Positions 14,671 to 22,112 of a stretch of DNA of 52,349 bases are shown piece after piece. Below the pieces are notes generated by a model. The model searched no databases. It had not been told where the DNA came from and saw only the letters and a program-made list of their open reading frames with translations. The DNA lies in IMG/VR virus record IMGVR_UViG_3300028898_000107. One strand, written 5' to 3'. Numbering within the stretch: position 1 is the first letter of the stretch; each line of letters begins with the position of its first letter. This DNA comes from a virus. Both the position numbers and the translations under genes were made by a program.

Positions 14671-15545
14671 AAGTCCTCCCTGAACCCCAAGAAGGTAGGG
14701 AACCTAGGGGCATCCTTACTCCCTGTGGGAAAGTACTTGAACTTAACCACTCGGCCCAGGGTACTATTCCGATTATCCCAGATGTCCTTTCGAAGACTGT
14801 CGTCGAATCCCGACCCGATGGAGAAGTCTACTCCTGTATACGTCCCATTGATCCCTTTGACCAGGAGAGCCCCCAAGGTGTTCTTCCCCACCATACCCGC
14901 CTTGTGGTTACTACGCTCTATCCTCCCAAGGTTGTCACGACGAGCTTCATTGGAGTTATGCATCTGCTCCTCGAATCCGATGACCTGAGCCTCCGCATCA
15001 CAGAACCTCTTGAGCTTCATCAGTCCTTGTTCACGTAAGGTAGAGCGTCCTTGCTTATAGGCCCCCTGTGGGTCTCGGAGCATTACCCCCTCATACCCCT
15101 GGGTCAACCATCTATTCTCTAGCTCGATCAACTCCTGTGGGCTCCTAATCACCTGGTGTTCTACCAGCTGAATATACCTATCTCTCTTGGTAGACTTCCT
15201 CTGGGCGGAGGCCAATCTTCCTTCAAACCCCTCGGAAATCGAAAAATCGTCGAAGACATAAAACACCGCCGCTGGGTATCCATCTCGAGACCTAACGGCT
15301 GAGGTGGTGTTCAAGAAGGCCCTGGGGCTGCAGGGGTCTCCTAAGATCAACTCACCGTCTAGTCCTTCCAGGTCCTCACCACAGAACATGTCTTGAAGAT
15401 GCCTGTTCGGGATGGGCTTGAGATTTCTGGAGACCAGCACCCCGTCGAGTACAAGAGCCCTGATTCCGTCCAGCTTGGGGGAAGCTAAGAGCGGATAGCT
15501 AAGGTCCTCTATAGAGTCAACAGTGGCTGACAGCATGGGCTTCAT
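14667..15545 (-). CDS. ATP-dependent DNA ligase
   Basis: Adenylation motif SPKLDGIRAL and EGVMLR motifs. 292 aa (T7-ligase size). Confidence 0.85.
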   Translation of the reverse strand: MKPMLSATVDSIEDLSYPLLASPKLDGIRALVLDGVLVSRNLKPIPNRHLQDMFCGEDLEGLDGELILGDPCSPRAFLNTTSAVRSRDGYPAAVFYVFDDFSISEGFEGRLASAQRKSTKRDRYIQLVEHQVIRSPQELIELENRWLTQGYEGVMLRDPQGAYKQGRSTLREQGLMKLKRFCDAEAQVIGFEEQMHNSNEARRDNLGRIERSNHKAGMVGKNTLGALLVKGINGTYTGVDFSIGSGFDDSLRKDIWDNRNSTLGRVVKFKYFPTGSKDAPRFPTFLGFREDL

Positions 15546-16372
15546 GTTCTCTCCTTTATCAATAACCGATAGTCATTCTCGAAGCAGTGGAGGGAGGTGG
15601 TGTGCATGGTGAAGAACCCAGGATTAACCAAACTCCACCCGTTAGGATCTCGCTTCCTGAGCTCATCCAGGACCCAGAGAAGAAGACGAACCGTCAAGTA
15701 GATGTCATCTCGAAAATGACGAACTAGATCACAGCTTCGGAGCCAGTAGGTAACGTGGAGGTAGTTTCTGCGACGGATGAAATGGTACCCCAGGGAGCAC
15801 GGAACCCGGCCACCTCCTGCCCCTCCCGTATCCTCAGGAAAGAAGATGGGGAGATAGGCTTGACGTGTATGTGGCTCCCTGAGCAGGAGACTCACCACAT
15901 CATTGAGATCCCCGTAGGATTCTCGTATCCCCCGGTGCCCAGGATGAAAGGAGTTCTCCAGGATCTCTGCGCACTCAATCGGATTTTGGGTGGGGCCAAG
16001 AGTACCGGCGAACTTGGGCCAGTATCTCTCTGCATAGGAGTGGTTGAACATACCGCTCTCGTCCAGGAACTTGGCCGCGGACTTTCCATAGGGCCAGTTC
16101 TCCCATTCAGTTCCAGGATTGAGTGGGTATCCACAGACCCTCTCCTGGAAGTGATTGTCTGCCCAGGGGAGGTTCGGCTTGATGTCCCCCCCTAAGACCG
16201 AGAGGTCTTCCGTGTATACCTGAGCCTTAAGGGTATAGTTGAGCAGCTCCCAGGTCCTCATCTCAGGCTTCGAGGAAATGTCCACCCCCTGCCAACTCTC
16301 GGTGTGAACCGATTGACCGATGGCAGCTAAGGAATTCACAGCCCGGTCTATAGCTAATCCGAAGAGGCTCAT
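15542..16372 (-). CDS. thymidylate synthase (ThyA)/dCMP-hydroxymethylase-fold enzyme, paralog 1
   Basis: HTRQAYLPIFFPED...RVPCSLGYHFIRRRNYLHVTYWLRSCDLVRHFRDDIY...HTTSLHCFEND aligns by eye with the ThyA core (RRIIVSAW..PCHAFFQFY..QRSCDVFLGLPFN..THLY). ATG 16372 is ATGA-coupled. Confidence 0.65.
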   Translation of the reverse strand: MSLFGLAIDRAVNSLAAIGQSVHTESWQGVDISSKPEMRTWELLNYTLKAQVYTEDLSVLGGDIKPNLPWADNHFQERVCGYPLNPGTEWENWPYGKSAAKFLDESGMFNHSYAERYWPKFAGTLGPTQNPIECAEILENSFHPGHRGIRESYGDLNDVVSLLLREPHTRQAYLPIFFPEDTGGAGGGRVPCSLGYHFIRRRNYLHVTYWLRSCDLVRHFRDDIYLTVRLLLWVLDELRKRDPNGWSLVNPGFFTMHTTSLHCFENDYRLLIKERT

Positions 16373-17295
16373 TTGATCCACCCCATTAGGACGAACATAG
16401 GGACCTTGAACCCTGCGGCATTCCTGTGGCCTCCCCCTCCGAAGTGCTTAGCAATCTCACTCACGTCATATTCACCATTGGACCGAATTGAACAGTGAGC
16501 CTCATCTCCGCTCTGGGGAAGATACCAGACGAGGCCGAAGGTCCCAGAGGAATCGGCCAACTCATGACCAAGTTCGGACTGGTGCAGGCTGGCATTGACG
16601 GCCAGCCCATGAACCTCTAGAGAGTTGCGTTCATCATATGGGTCTCCACAGTGCTTCCAGATACAGCACCCTCTGGCCAGCTTCGCCATCGACTTCACGT
16701 TCGAATCCTGAGCGGCCAGAATGGCACGTCCGTCTGTCTTAATGAGGCTCAGGAGAGGGAGGTTCAACAATGGCCTCCATTGCTCGAAACTCCAGGGCCT
16801 CAGGGAGCTCAGTCCAACGTGCAATTCCTTACTGCCCTCCAGCTTGAATTGCCAGCGATCTCGATCGTCAATGTGACGGATCAGCATCGGAATCTCTACT
16901 CCGAGGTGAAAGTGCTCCCAAGCGAGTAATGCCCCAGAGCGGTTGTCATCCAGGGTAATGAGATGGGGGGAGTACGGAGACCCCGAGTAGATCATCCCTT
17001 TCTTGTACTCACCGCACCACATCTCGAAGGCGGTCTTGTGATGGTCCAGCCAGACCACTCGATGGGCGGATTGGAAGACCTTGTCCATGATAGGCTTACA
17101 GAAACTGAAATCCAGGATGAGGACTTCTCTTCCTTGAACTAAGGCCTCCACTGCAGGTTCATCTCCTTCTGCCCAATCCCCTTCCCCGTAGGACATGGGT
17201 AGGTAATCCGCCTCCTCCCCCAACTTCATCCAAGCCGCGAAGGCTGCCCCAAATCCGTCCGTACACTTGTCGTGATAGATCACTAATGGTCTCAT
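16369..17295 (-). CDS. DHH/DHHA1-family phosphoesterase
   Basis: N-terminal YHDKCTDGFGAA, DHH-like LDHH, C-terminal GGGHRNAAGF. Confidence 0.75.
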   Translation of the reverse strand: MRPLVIYHDKCTDGFGAAFAAWMKLGEEADYLPMSYGEGDWAEGDEPAVEALVQGREVLILDFSFCKPIMDKVFQSAHRVVWLDHHKTAFEMWCGEYKKGMIYSGSPYSPHLITLDDNRSGALLAWEHFHLGVEIPMLIRHIDDRDRWQFKLEGSKELHVGLSSLRPWSFEQWRPLLNLPLLSLIKTDGRAILAAQDSNVKSMAKLARGCCIWKHCGDPYDERNSLEVHGLAVNASLHQSELGHELADSSGTFGLVWYLPQSGDEAHCSIRSNGEYDVSEIAKHFGGGGHRNAAGFKVPMFVLMGWIK

Positions 17296-17597
17296 ACAAG
17301 TCCTCCCTGATAATCAAATGTTGCAATGATCTTCGAATCGTCAGGGTGTGACTCCACCCCTAACGTCTCAGATCCTCCATAACAGATAAGCTCTGTCAAG
17401 CTGATGAACCCCGCGCTCCGGATCTCCACTGAGACCTCTACTCCCAGGTCTCGGTATGAGGAAACCATAGAGCGTCGAAGGCTATTATATACCACAGCGT
17501 GGACTAGAGTATCAGGAAAGATTATCGGAACTAGTTGATTGGAACCCGAGTCCGGAAACCTCGGAGAGACTCGAAGGGACATCATCAAGTACTTCAT
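17292..17597 (-). CDS. hypothetical protein
   Basis: 101 aa. ATGA-coupled on both sides within the nucleotide-metabolism operon. Confidence 0.6.
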   Translation of the reverse strand: MKYLMMSLRVSPRFPDSGSNQLVPIIFPDTLVHAVVYNSLRRSMVSSYRDLGVEVSVEIRSAGFISLTELICYGGSETLGVESHPDDSKIIATFDYQGGLV

Positions 17598-18376
17598 TCT
17601 TCGTCCTCCTCATCCATCGATACCTCTCCCTTCAACCCTTTCAGTCTATGCTTGAGGAGGTCGAACTTCTTTGGAGAGATATGTTCCCTAGCATACTCAA
17701 ACATCTTGACCCGAGTTCGATAGGAGTAGTTGTGAGTTTCCTTGAAGAATTTACTCGTAGCCAATCCGCAGGTTCGATAGAACCGAGGATCCCAGTCCTC
17801 CAGGTGATCAAAGAACCCCACAGGGTCCTCTTCGAACCTCAGGAAGATAGGCATGAATACCGCCGAGAGATAGACGTTAGCAAACTTGAACCGGATCATC
17901 GAGGGGCAGAACCCCACCCGTTCGAAGAGAGGGGGAAGTACCTCGGCGAAGAAGATGAGGTCCGCCAGGAATTTCTGGGTGGCCTCAGTGCTTCGATAGT
18001 AGATGTCCACCGTGCAGGATGGGGTGGACCCGGGGGCATGGGTGATTACCATGTTCTGCATGCAAAACCCCTGTGACCTCGAATCCTTCGCTCCATTCTT
18101 CAATTGGATGGACACACTGGTGTGGGGCTTGTCCTGGCGACCTTCCAACTTTTGCATGGCCGCTTCTACCGCTTCCTCATCCCAGTAATTACGAGCCAGC
18201 TGGCGGTACTTTCCCCTGGTGTATCCTATGTCCTCAAAGGAAATCCCCTCGGAGGCCGCCAGCGCCTCGTATGGGAGCTCCAGCGATAGGTCTTGGGCGA
18301 TCTTCCTAACCCCCGAGATCAGTAGGGTCTCCGCTTCCGCTACCGACCAGATGAACTCCCTCCAGTGGTTAATCAT
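17594..18376 (-). CDS. second, highly divergent thymidylate-synthase-fold-like protein (function unknown)
   Basis: QGFCMQNMVITH...CTVDIYYRSTEATQKFLADLIFF...FKFANVYL mirrors PCxxxxQFxV...YQRSxDxxLGxPFN...THxY by eye. ATG 18376 overlaps the thyX stop. Confidence 0.45.
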   Translation of the reverse strand: MINHWREFIWSVAEAETLLISGVRKIAQDLSLELPYEALAASEGISFEDIGYTRGKYRQLARNYWDEEAVEAAMQKLEGRQDKPHTSVSIQLKNGAKDSRSQGFCMQNMVITHAPGSTPSCTVDIYYRSTEATQKFLADLIFFAEVLPPLFERVGFCPSMIRFKFANVYLSAVFMPIFLRFEEDPVGFFDHLEDWDPRFYRTCGLATSKFFKETHNYSYRTRVKMFEYAREHISPKKFDLLKHRLKGLKGEVSMDEEDEE

Positions 18377-19028
18377 GTGAGGTTCCCCTGTTGATGGCGG
18401 GATGCGAATGCTCAGGATCCAAAGACTCCCCAAACAGCACAGGCCACCGGCTAGCGAACTCCCAACCCAGCGGAACCATGACCTGTCTCATCTGTGGGTG
18501 GGCTTCCTTGGCAGTCCGAAGCTTCAGTATGTGACGCCATTCACGGGGATTGGAGGTCACCACTATCTCGGTCTTGAGAGAGTTTGGAAGTACGGACCGA
18601 GCCTCCTGCGGGGAGGCGCCCATCCGGAGCATCCCCAGGTAATGGGACTCTGCCAGAAGGCAGAGGGACTTCCATTCCTTGTACAAGTCACTATCAGGGC
18701 TCCAGAAGAAGGGCTCGATGAAGGTCACCTCTCCCCCGAACTTGTCCTTTCCATAGTTGCAGTACCGAGTGGATTCTTGGGAGAAGCTAGCCAGACGATG
18801 TCGAACCAACTCATGGGTGACTCCCCGGTCACAGATGAGGTGAACAGTGATAGCCCCATGCTCCAGAACTGAGTCATGTTTGGAGTCGATGAGTCGTTCA
18901 ATCAGAGGAACCGCTGAGCCCTCTTGGATCTTGTCTTCACTTTTGTAACAGACTCGACCACCTCTCTCGATGGTTGAGAGAAGATGGCTATGGTCGAGTA
19001 TTTGAAAAGAGGGTTGAATAATCTTCAT
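18369..19028 (-). CDS. thyX: flavin-dependent thymidylate synthase ThyX
   Basis: ThyX signature RHRLASFSQESTRY. GGAGA precedes ATG 19028. Confidence 0.85.
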   Translation of the reverse strand: MKIIQPSFQILDHSHLLSTIERGGRVCYKSEDKIQEGSAVPLIERLIDSKHDSVLEHGAITVHLICDRGVTHELVRHRLASFSQESTRYCNYGKDKFGGEVTFIEPFFWSPDSDLYKEWKSLCLLAESHYLGMLRMGASPQEARSVLPNSLKTEIVVTSNPREWRHILKLRTAKEAHPQMRQVMVPLGWEFASRWPVLFGESLDPEHSHPAINRGTSHD

Positions 19029-19029
19029 G

Positions 19030-19491
19030 TTAATCTCCGTGAGTGGACCATGGGCCTTCGCCCAGAATCCGGGAATGGTTAGGTGGTTCCCATCCTTCGG
19101 GCTTGATGACATCCAGAGCGCTCCCGCGTTTGGACTGGTCGGGACTGGTAGCTCGAACCTTGGACATGTTGGCCCGCTGTACCTCCTCCCACAGGGCCGG
19201 CCAGGGAAGTCCCATCATGTGGGCGGTTCCGTGTATCACATAGGCCAGATCTATGAGGGCATCTGCGGCTCCTTCCATGTCGCCTTTAGAGTGAGCTAGG
19301 TGGAACTCCGCCAGCTCCTCGTGCATGAACCGGAACCGGAACTCAAAGGTCTTAGGACCCAGAAAGGAAGGGTCGGAAGCTACTGGGACCTTGAACTTGT
19401 GATGAAAGAGAGCTACGTCCAAATGGTCCCTGTTGGTTGAAACCATAGCTTCCTGGATATATCCTTCGAGGGTTGGGTGTTTAGGTTTCAT
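19030..19491 (-). CDS. all-alpha MazG/HisE-like nucleoside-triphosphate pyrophosphohydrolase
   Basis: RFRFMHEELAEF...AADALIDLAYVIHGTA pattern of MazG-like phage pyrophosphatases. Confidence 0.6.
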   Translation of the reverse strand: MKPKHPTLEGYIQEAMVSTNRDHLDVALFHHKFKVPVASDPSFLGPKTFEFRFRFMHEELAEFHLAHSKGDMEGAADALIDLAYVIHGTAHMMGLPWPALWEEVQRANMSKVRATSPDQSKRGSALDVIKPEGWEPPNHSRILGEGPWSTHGD

Positions 19492-19500
19492 GTTTTCTCC

Positions 19501-20013
19501 TTAGTGAATGGGTCCTTTAAGATGGGTCTCTACTAACCGCTGCAGTCCCAGATAATCGTGGGTCTCATAGTCGTAGGTGACCACCTCAAGGAACTGGTTG
19601 ATAAACTTGATGTGGGAGTCATAAGCTTGAATAAGCTTAAGCCCATTCTTCACCACTCCTTCCATTTGGTCTCGCTCTCCAAAGTTCAAGATGGTGGAGT
19701 TTTTAGGGCGGCAGTAGACCACTAGGGCCTTAATCCTCTCTAACTCCCTTAGCACATTCTCTTGATAGTACCTCTCCGGCCAGGAAGTTCCCCGACAGAT
19801 AGGGCCATAGACGGGCTCACTAATAACGGGGTGTCGGTCGAGGATGAGGGGGAAGTGCTTACTCAGCTCTACCATTCTTGTATTGAAGAAGGAGATGTCC
19901 GAGGTTCCTGAAGGTCTCTTCCGGTTATTAACAATCATCAGCTTGAGCCCATCGGCTAGTTTGGCCAGAACGGTGGACTTTCCTGTGTTGTCGCATCCTT
20001 CAACTATTATCAT
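19501..20013 (-). CDS. P-loop deoxynucleoside-monophosphate (thymidylate-like) kinase
   Basis: GGAGAG precedes ATG 20013. MIIVEGCDNTGKST P-loop, then DRHPVISEPVY. Confidence 0.65.
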   Translation of the reverse strand: MIIVEGCDNTGKSTVLAKLADGLKLMIVNNRKRPSGTSDISFFNTRMVELSKHFPLILDRHPVISEPVYGPICRGTSWPERYYQENVLRELERIKALVVYCRPKNSTILNFGERDQMEGVVKNGLKLIQAYDSHIKFINQFLEVVTYDYETHDYLGLQRLVETHLKGPIH

Positions 20014-20263
20014 TGCTCTCTCCATGGATGAGTACTTGCCTAGCTCTTACCAACCGCCTAATCCGAAATGTAGATCGGCGGCTCTCTTCTTCGTCTTCTC
20101 GAATCTCCTGTTCGCAACTATCGGAAAGGGCTCTACTACAGGGGGATGGATTCACATTGTGAAACATCCACACCACATATCCCGGATCATGTTCTGAGAC
20201 CTGTTCTGGCGTCTGTCCCTTATACTTCCCGAAGAGTAAAGGTGCCTGATCAATATCATTCAT
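20000..20263 (-). CDS. DUF3820-like small protein
   Basis: LLFGKYKGQTPEQVSEHDPGYVVWM motif. Confidence 0.6.
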   Translation of the reverse strand: MNDIDQAPLLFGKYKGQTPEQVSEHDPGYVVWMFHNVNPSPCSRALSDSCEQEIREDEEESRRSTFRIRRLVRARQVLIHGESNDNS

Positions 20264-20678
20264 CTTTTCCCTCTCGTATCAAATGAGCCTGCCACTCTCC
20301 CTTCGCCTCCGCTCTTGCCTGCGCCTTCACTCCATCGAGCCATTGCTGGACAGATTCGGAGGAGGCGGATAGTGCTGTTGCTATCAACCCATGCGACAAC
20401 CCTCTGACGCTTACCAGGGTATCCATCAGCCTGGCGTTATGCGCTTGCAGACGCTCAATTTCAGCTTTGGCTTCGGCGAGTTGCTGTTCCATTTCAAATA
20501 ACGAAACATCGCCTTTTAACCTTGCATAATTCACATTCATACACTTCAAGGCATTACTTGCTATTCCACCAGTATCCAGAATTCTTGTTCTTCCGTCCAC
20601 TATGTCAAAATGCTTACTCTCAGCATAGAACCGCAGGGCATCTTCAGGAGTCCACTCAGTACGTTCGTCAAAGCTCAT
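20256..20678 (-). CDS. hypothetical coiled-coil protein
   Basis: 140 aa, ATGA-coupled. Codon usage (GCG/CCG/TTG-rich) differs from the neighbouring core genes. Confidence 0.6.
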   Translation of the reverse strand: MSFDERTEWTPEDALRFYAESKHFDIVDGRTRILDTGGIASNALKCMNVNYARLKGDVSLFEMEQQLAEAKAEIERLQAHNARLMDTLVSVRGLSHGLIATALSASSESVQQWLDGVKAQARAEAKGEWQAHLIREGKDE

Positions 20679-20863
20679 CGTCTGATCCCGCCATCAGCAG
20701 GAACTAGAACCGGATCCAATTCGCATTCACGAATATACATCTCTTCAGGAGGATTCTCATCTTGGTGCTGTATGAAATATTCTGCATTCTCACGAGTAGA
20801 GAATGTCTCTTGTAAAAAGCTGCCTACGAATTCCTCTCTGTGATAGACGTGGTAAAGTATCAT
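20675..20863 (-). CDS. hypothetical protein
   Basis: AAGGAG precedes ATG 20863 (the track start 20881 lacks an RBS). 62 aa. Confidence 0.55.
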   Translation of the reverse strand: MILYHVYHREEFVGSFLQETFSTRENAEYFIQHQDENPPEEMYIRECELDPVLVPADGGIRR

Positions 20864-20881
20864 TTCTTCTCTCCTTCTCAT

Positions 20882-21454
20882 TTATTCCGTGAGCGGCTTC
20901 TGCTGCGGGAAGGGCTTGGCGTAGAGCATATCACCATTTTTCAAATGTGATTGATCCGCTGAAAGTATCCATTTAGGGATCGGCTTTGGGTTACCATCCG
21001 GAGGGGAGGACATCCTCACGACCCCAACCGGCTCCTGCTCCATCAGTTCCTTCTCAAGTTCTTCGCGTCCGGCTTGCTTTCCGTCACTAAGCCCTTTTGC
21101 GTAGCCGTTAATTTCTCCTAGCCGATACTCCGCTGCTTTGATGGCGGTGAGTTCTTCCTGTGGGTCTAGCTGCATTGGGTCAACATAGCAATCTGCACAC
21201 CGTTGAATCTTGTTAATGTATGCCTGCTGCGCTGCCAGTTTCTCACGCAACCGGATTATCTCGTTATTGGCTTCATCCAGAGCTGATTGGCCTTCAATGG
21301 CGTTTTGTTGGCGCTCAGCCTCAAGCTCCGCAATACGCTGCTGGCTTTGTGCGATGATGGCTTGGAAATACTTATCTCTTGCTCGCAGGCAATCAAGCTC
21401 TGTTGCAAACAAGCTCATTGTTGGAGCTTCCCGCATGTTCGTTTCGTCAGTCAT
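20882..21454 (-). CDS. hypothetical coiled-coil protein
   Basis: AAAGGAGA precedes ATG 21454. Long heptad-like region (QRIAELEAERQQNAIEGQSALDEANNEIIRLREKLAAQQ). Confidence 0.6.
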   Translation of the reverse strand: MTDETNMREAPTMSLFATELDCLRARDKYFQAIIAQSQQRIAELEAERQQNAIEGQSALDEANNEIIRLREKLAAQQAYINKIQRCADCYVDPMQLDPQEELTAIKAAEYRLGEINGYAKGLSDGKQAGREELEKELMEQEPVGVVRMSSPPDGNPKPIPKWILSADQSHLKNGDMLYAKPFPQQKPLTE

Positions 21455-21456
21455 CT

Positions 21457-21825
21457 CTATTCTCCTTTCATGGATACCCTGCGGACGGCACGAGTGCGGC
21501 ACTTGTAGCCGGTGTAGAACCAATTCTGGTAGCCAAGGCTGAAGTTCTGAAGCCAGGCGGAACCGACCTCGTGCTGCTCGCCGGACCAGTACCAGTCCTT
21601 CTGGAATTGATCTGGCATATGATTGTAGAGCATCGCCTGCTCGACGCGATCAGGCAGGTCGCCACCGATGGATTTGGCCCAGTCCATCTGGGTCTGCCAG
21701 TCGGCGTCGTCGTTGTCTCCTGGAAGCAGGATGACGTGATGGCCGGTGCCGTCCGGGTTGATGATCGCGCCGGCGTAGGTTTCGCCTTCGTTGAGTTCTA
21801 TCCGAATACTTTCAATCAGTTTCAT
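21457..21825 (-). CDS. DUF1566 (Lcl C-terminal-like) domain protein, first gene of leftward unit
   Basis: GGGAGA precedes ATG 21825. DWAKSIGGDLPDRVEQAML...DWYWSGEQH...SAWLQNFSLGYQN...RAVRRV pattern. Confidence 0.6.
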   Translation of the reverse strand: MKLIESIRIELNEGETYAGAIINPDGTGHHVILLPGDNDDADWQTQMDWAKSIGGDLPDRVEQAMLYNHMPDQFQKDWYWSGEQHEVGSAWLQNFSLGYQNWFYTGYKCRTRAVRRVSMKGE

Positions 21826-21853
21826 TTGCTTCTCCCTGTGAAATGACGAGCTC

Positions 21854-21922
21854 ATTATATCCCAAAATTCGAGGGGTCATATATCGGATTTTATTCCAAG
21901 AATTCTTCCTCTCGTATATAAT
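21854..21922. promoter_or_regulatory. divergent promoter/operator region
   Basis: Leftward -10 TATAAT is the reverse complement of 21854-21859. Rightward TTCCAA (21894-21899)-N17-TATAAT (21917-21922). Perfect 10-bp palindrome AAGAATTCTT at 21898-21907. Confidence 0.5.
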
Positions 21923-21950
21923 GGCCGAGGAGACAAGAAGGGAGTTCCTC

Positions 21951-22112
21951 GTGTATATAACAACAGTCGAAGCGGCTGAGCTATTAGGCATCAGTCCACA
22001 GCAGGTGATTCGCCGAATCAAGAGACCGCGGTCTAAGAAGAACCGGATTCAAGCCAAGAAATTCGGTGGGATCTGGATGGTTCTCAAAACCTCTGTGGAG
22101 AGGACCAGATGA
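21951..22112 (+). CDS. excisionase/MerR-type HTH DNA-binding protein
   Basis: AAGGGAG lies 6 nt before GTG 21951. ITTVEAAELLGISPQQVIRRI...GGIWMV. The ATG at 21921 overlaps the -10 box and lacks an RBS. Confidence 0.65.
   Translation: MYITTVEAAELLGISPQQVIRRIKRPRSKKNRIQAKKFGGIWMVLKTSVERTR

Noticed and set aside
21921-21950. ATG 21921 as the start of the HTH gene (or a leaderless mRNA)
   Set aside because: The ATG is inside the best -10 hexamer and has no SD. GTG 21951 has AAGGGAG at 6 nt and gives a typical excisionase-family N-terminus.
21951-22112. Excisionase-type HTH as evidence for a temperate lifestyle
   Set aside because: I could recognise no integrase, recombinase, CI/Cro pair or attachment-site-like repeat anywhere in the closed genome.
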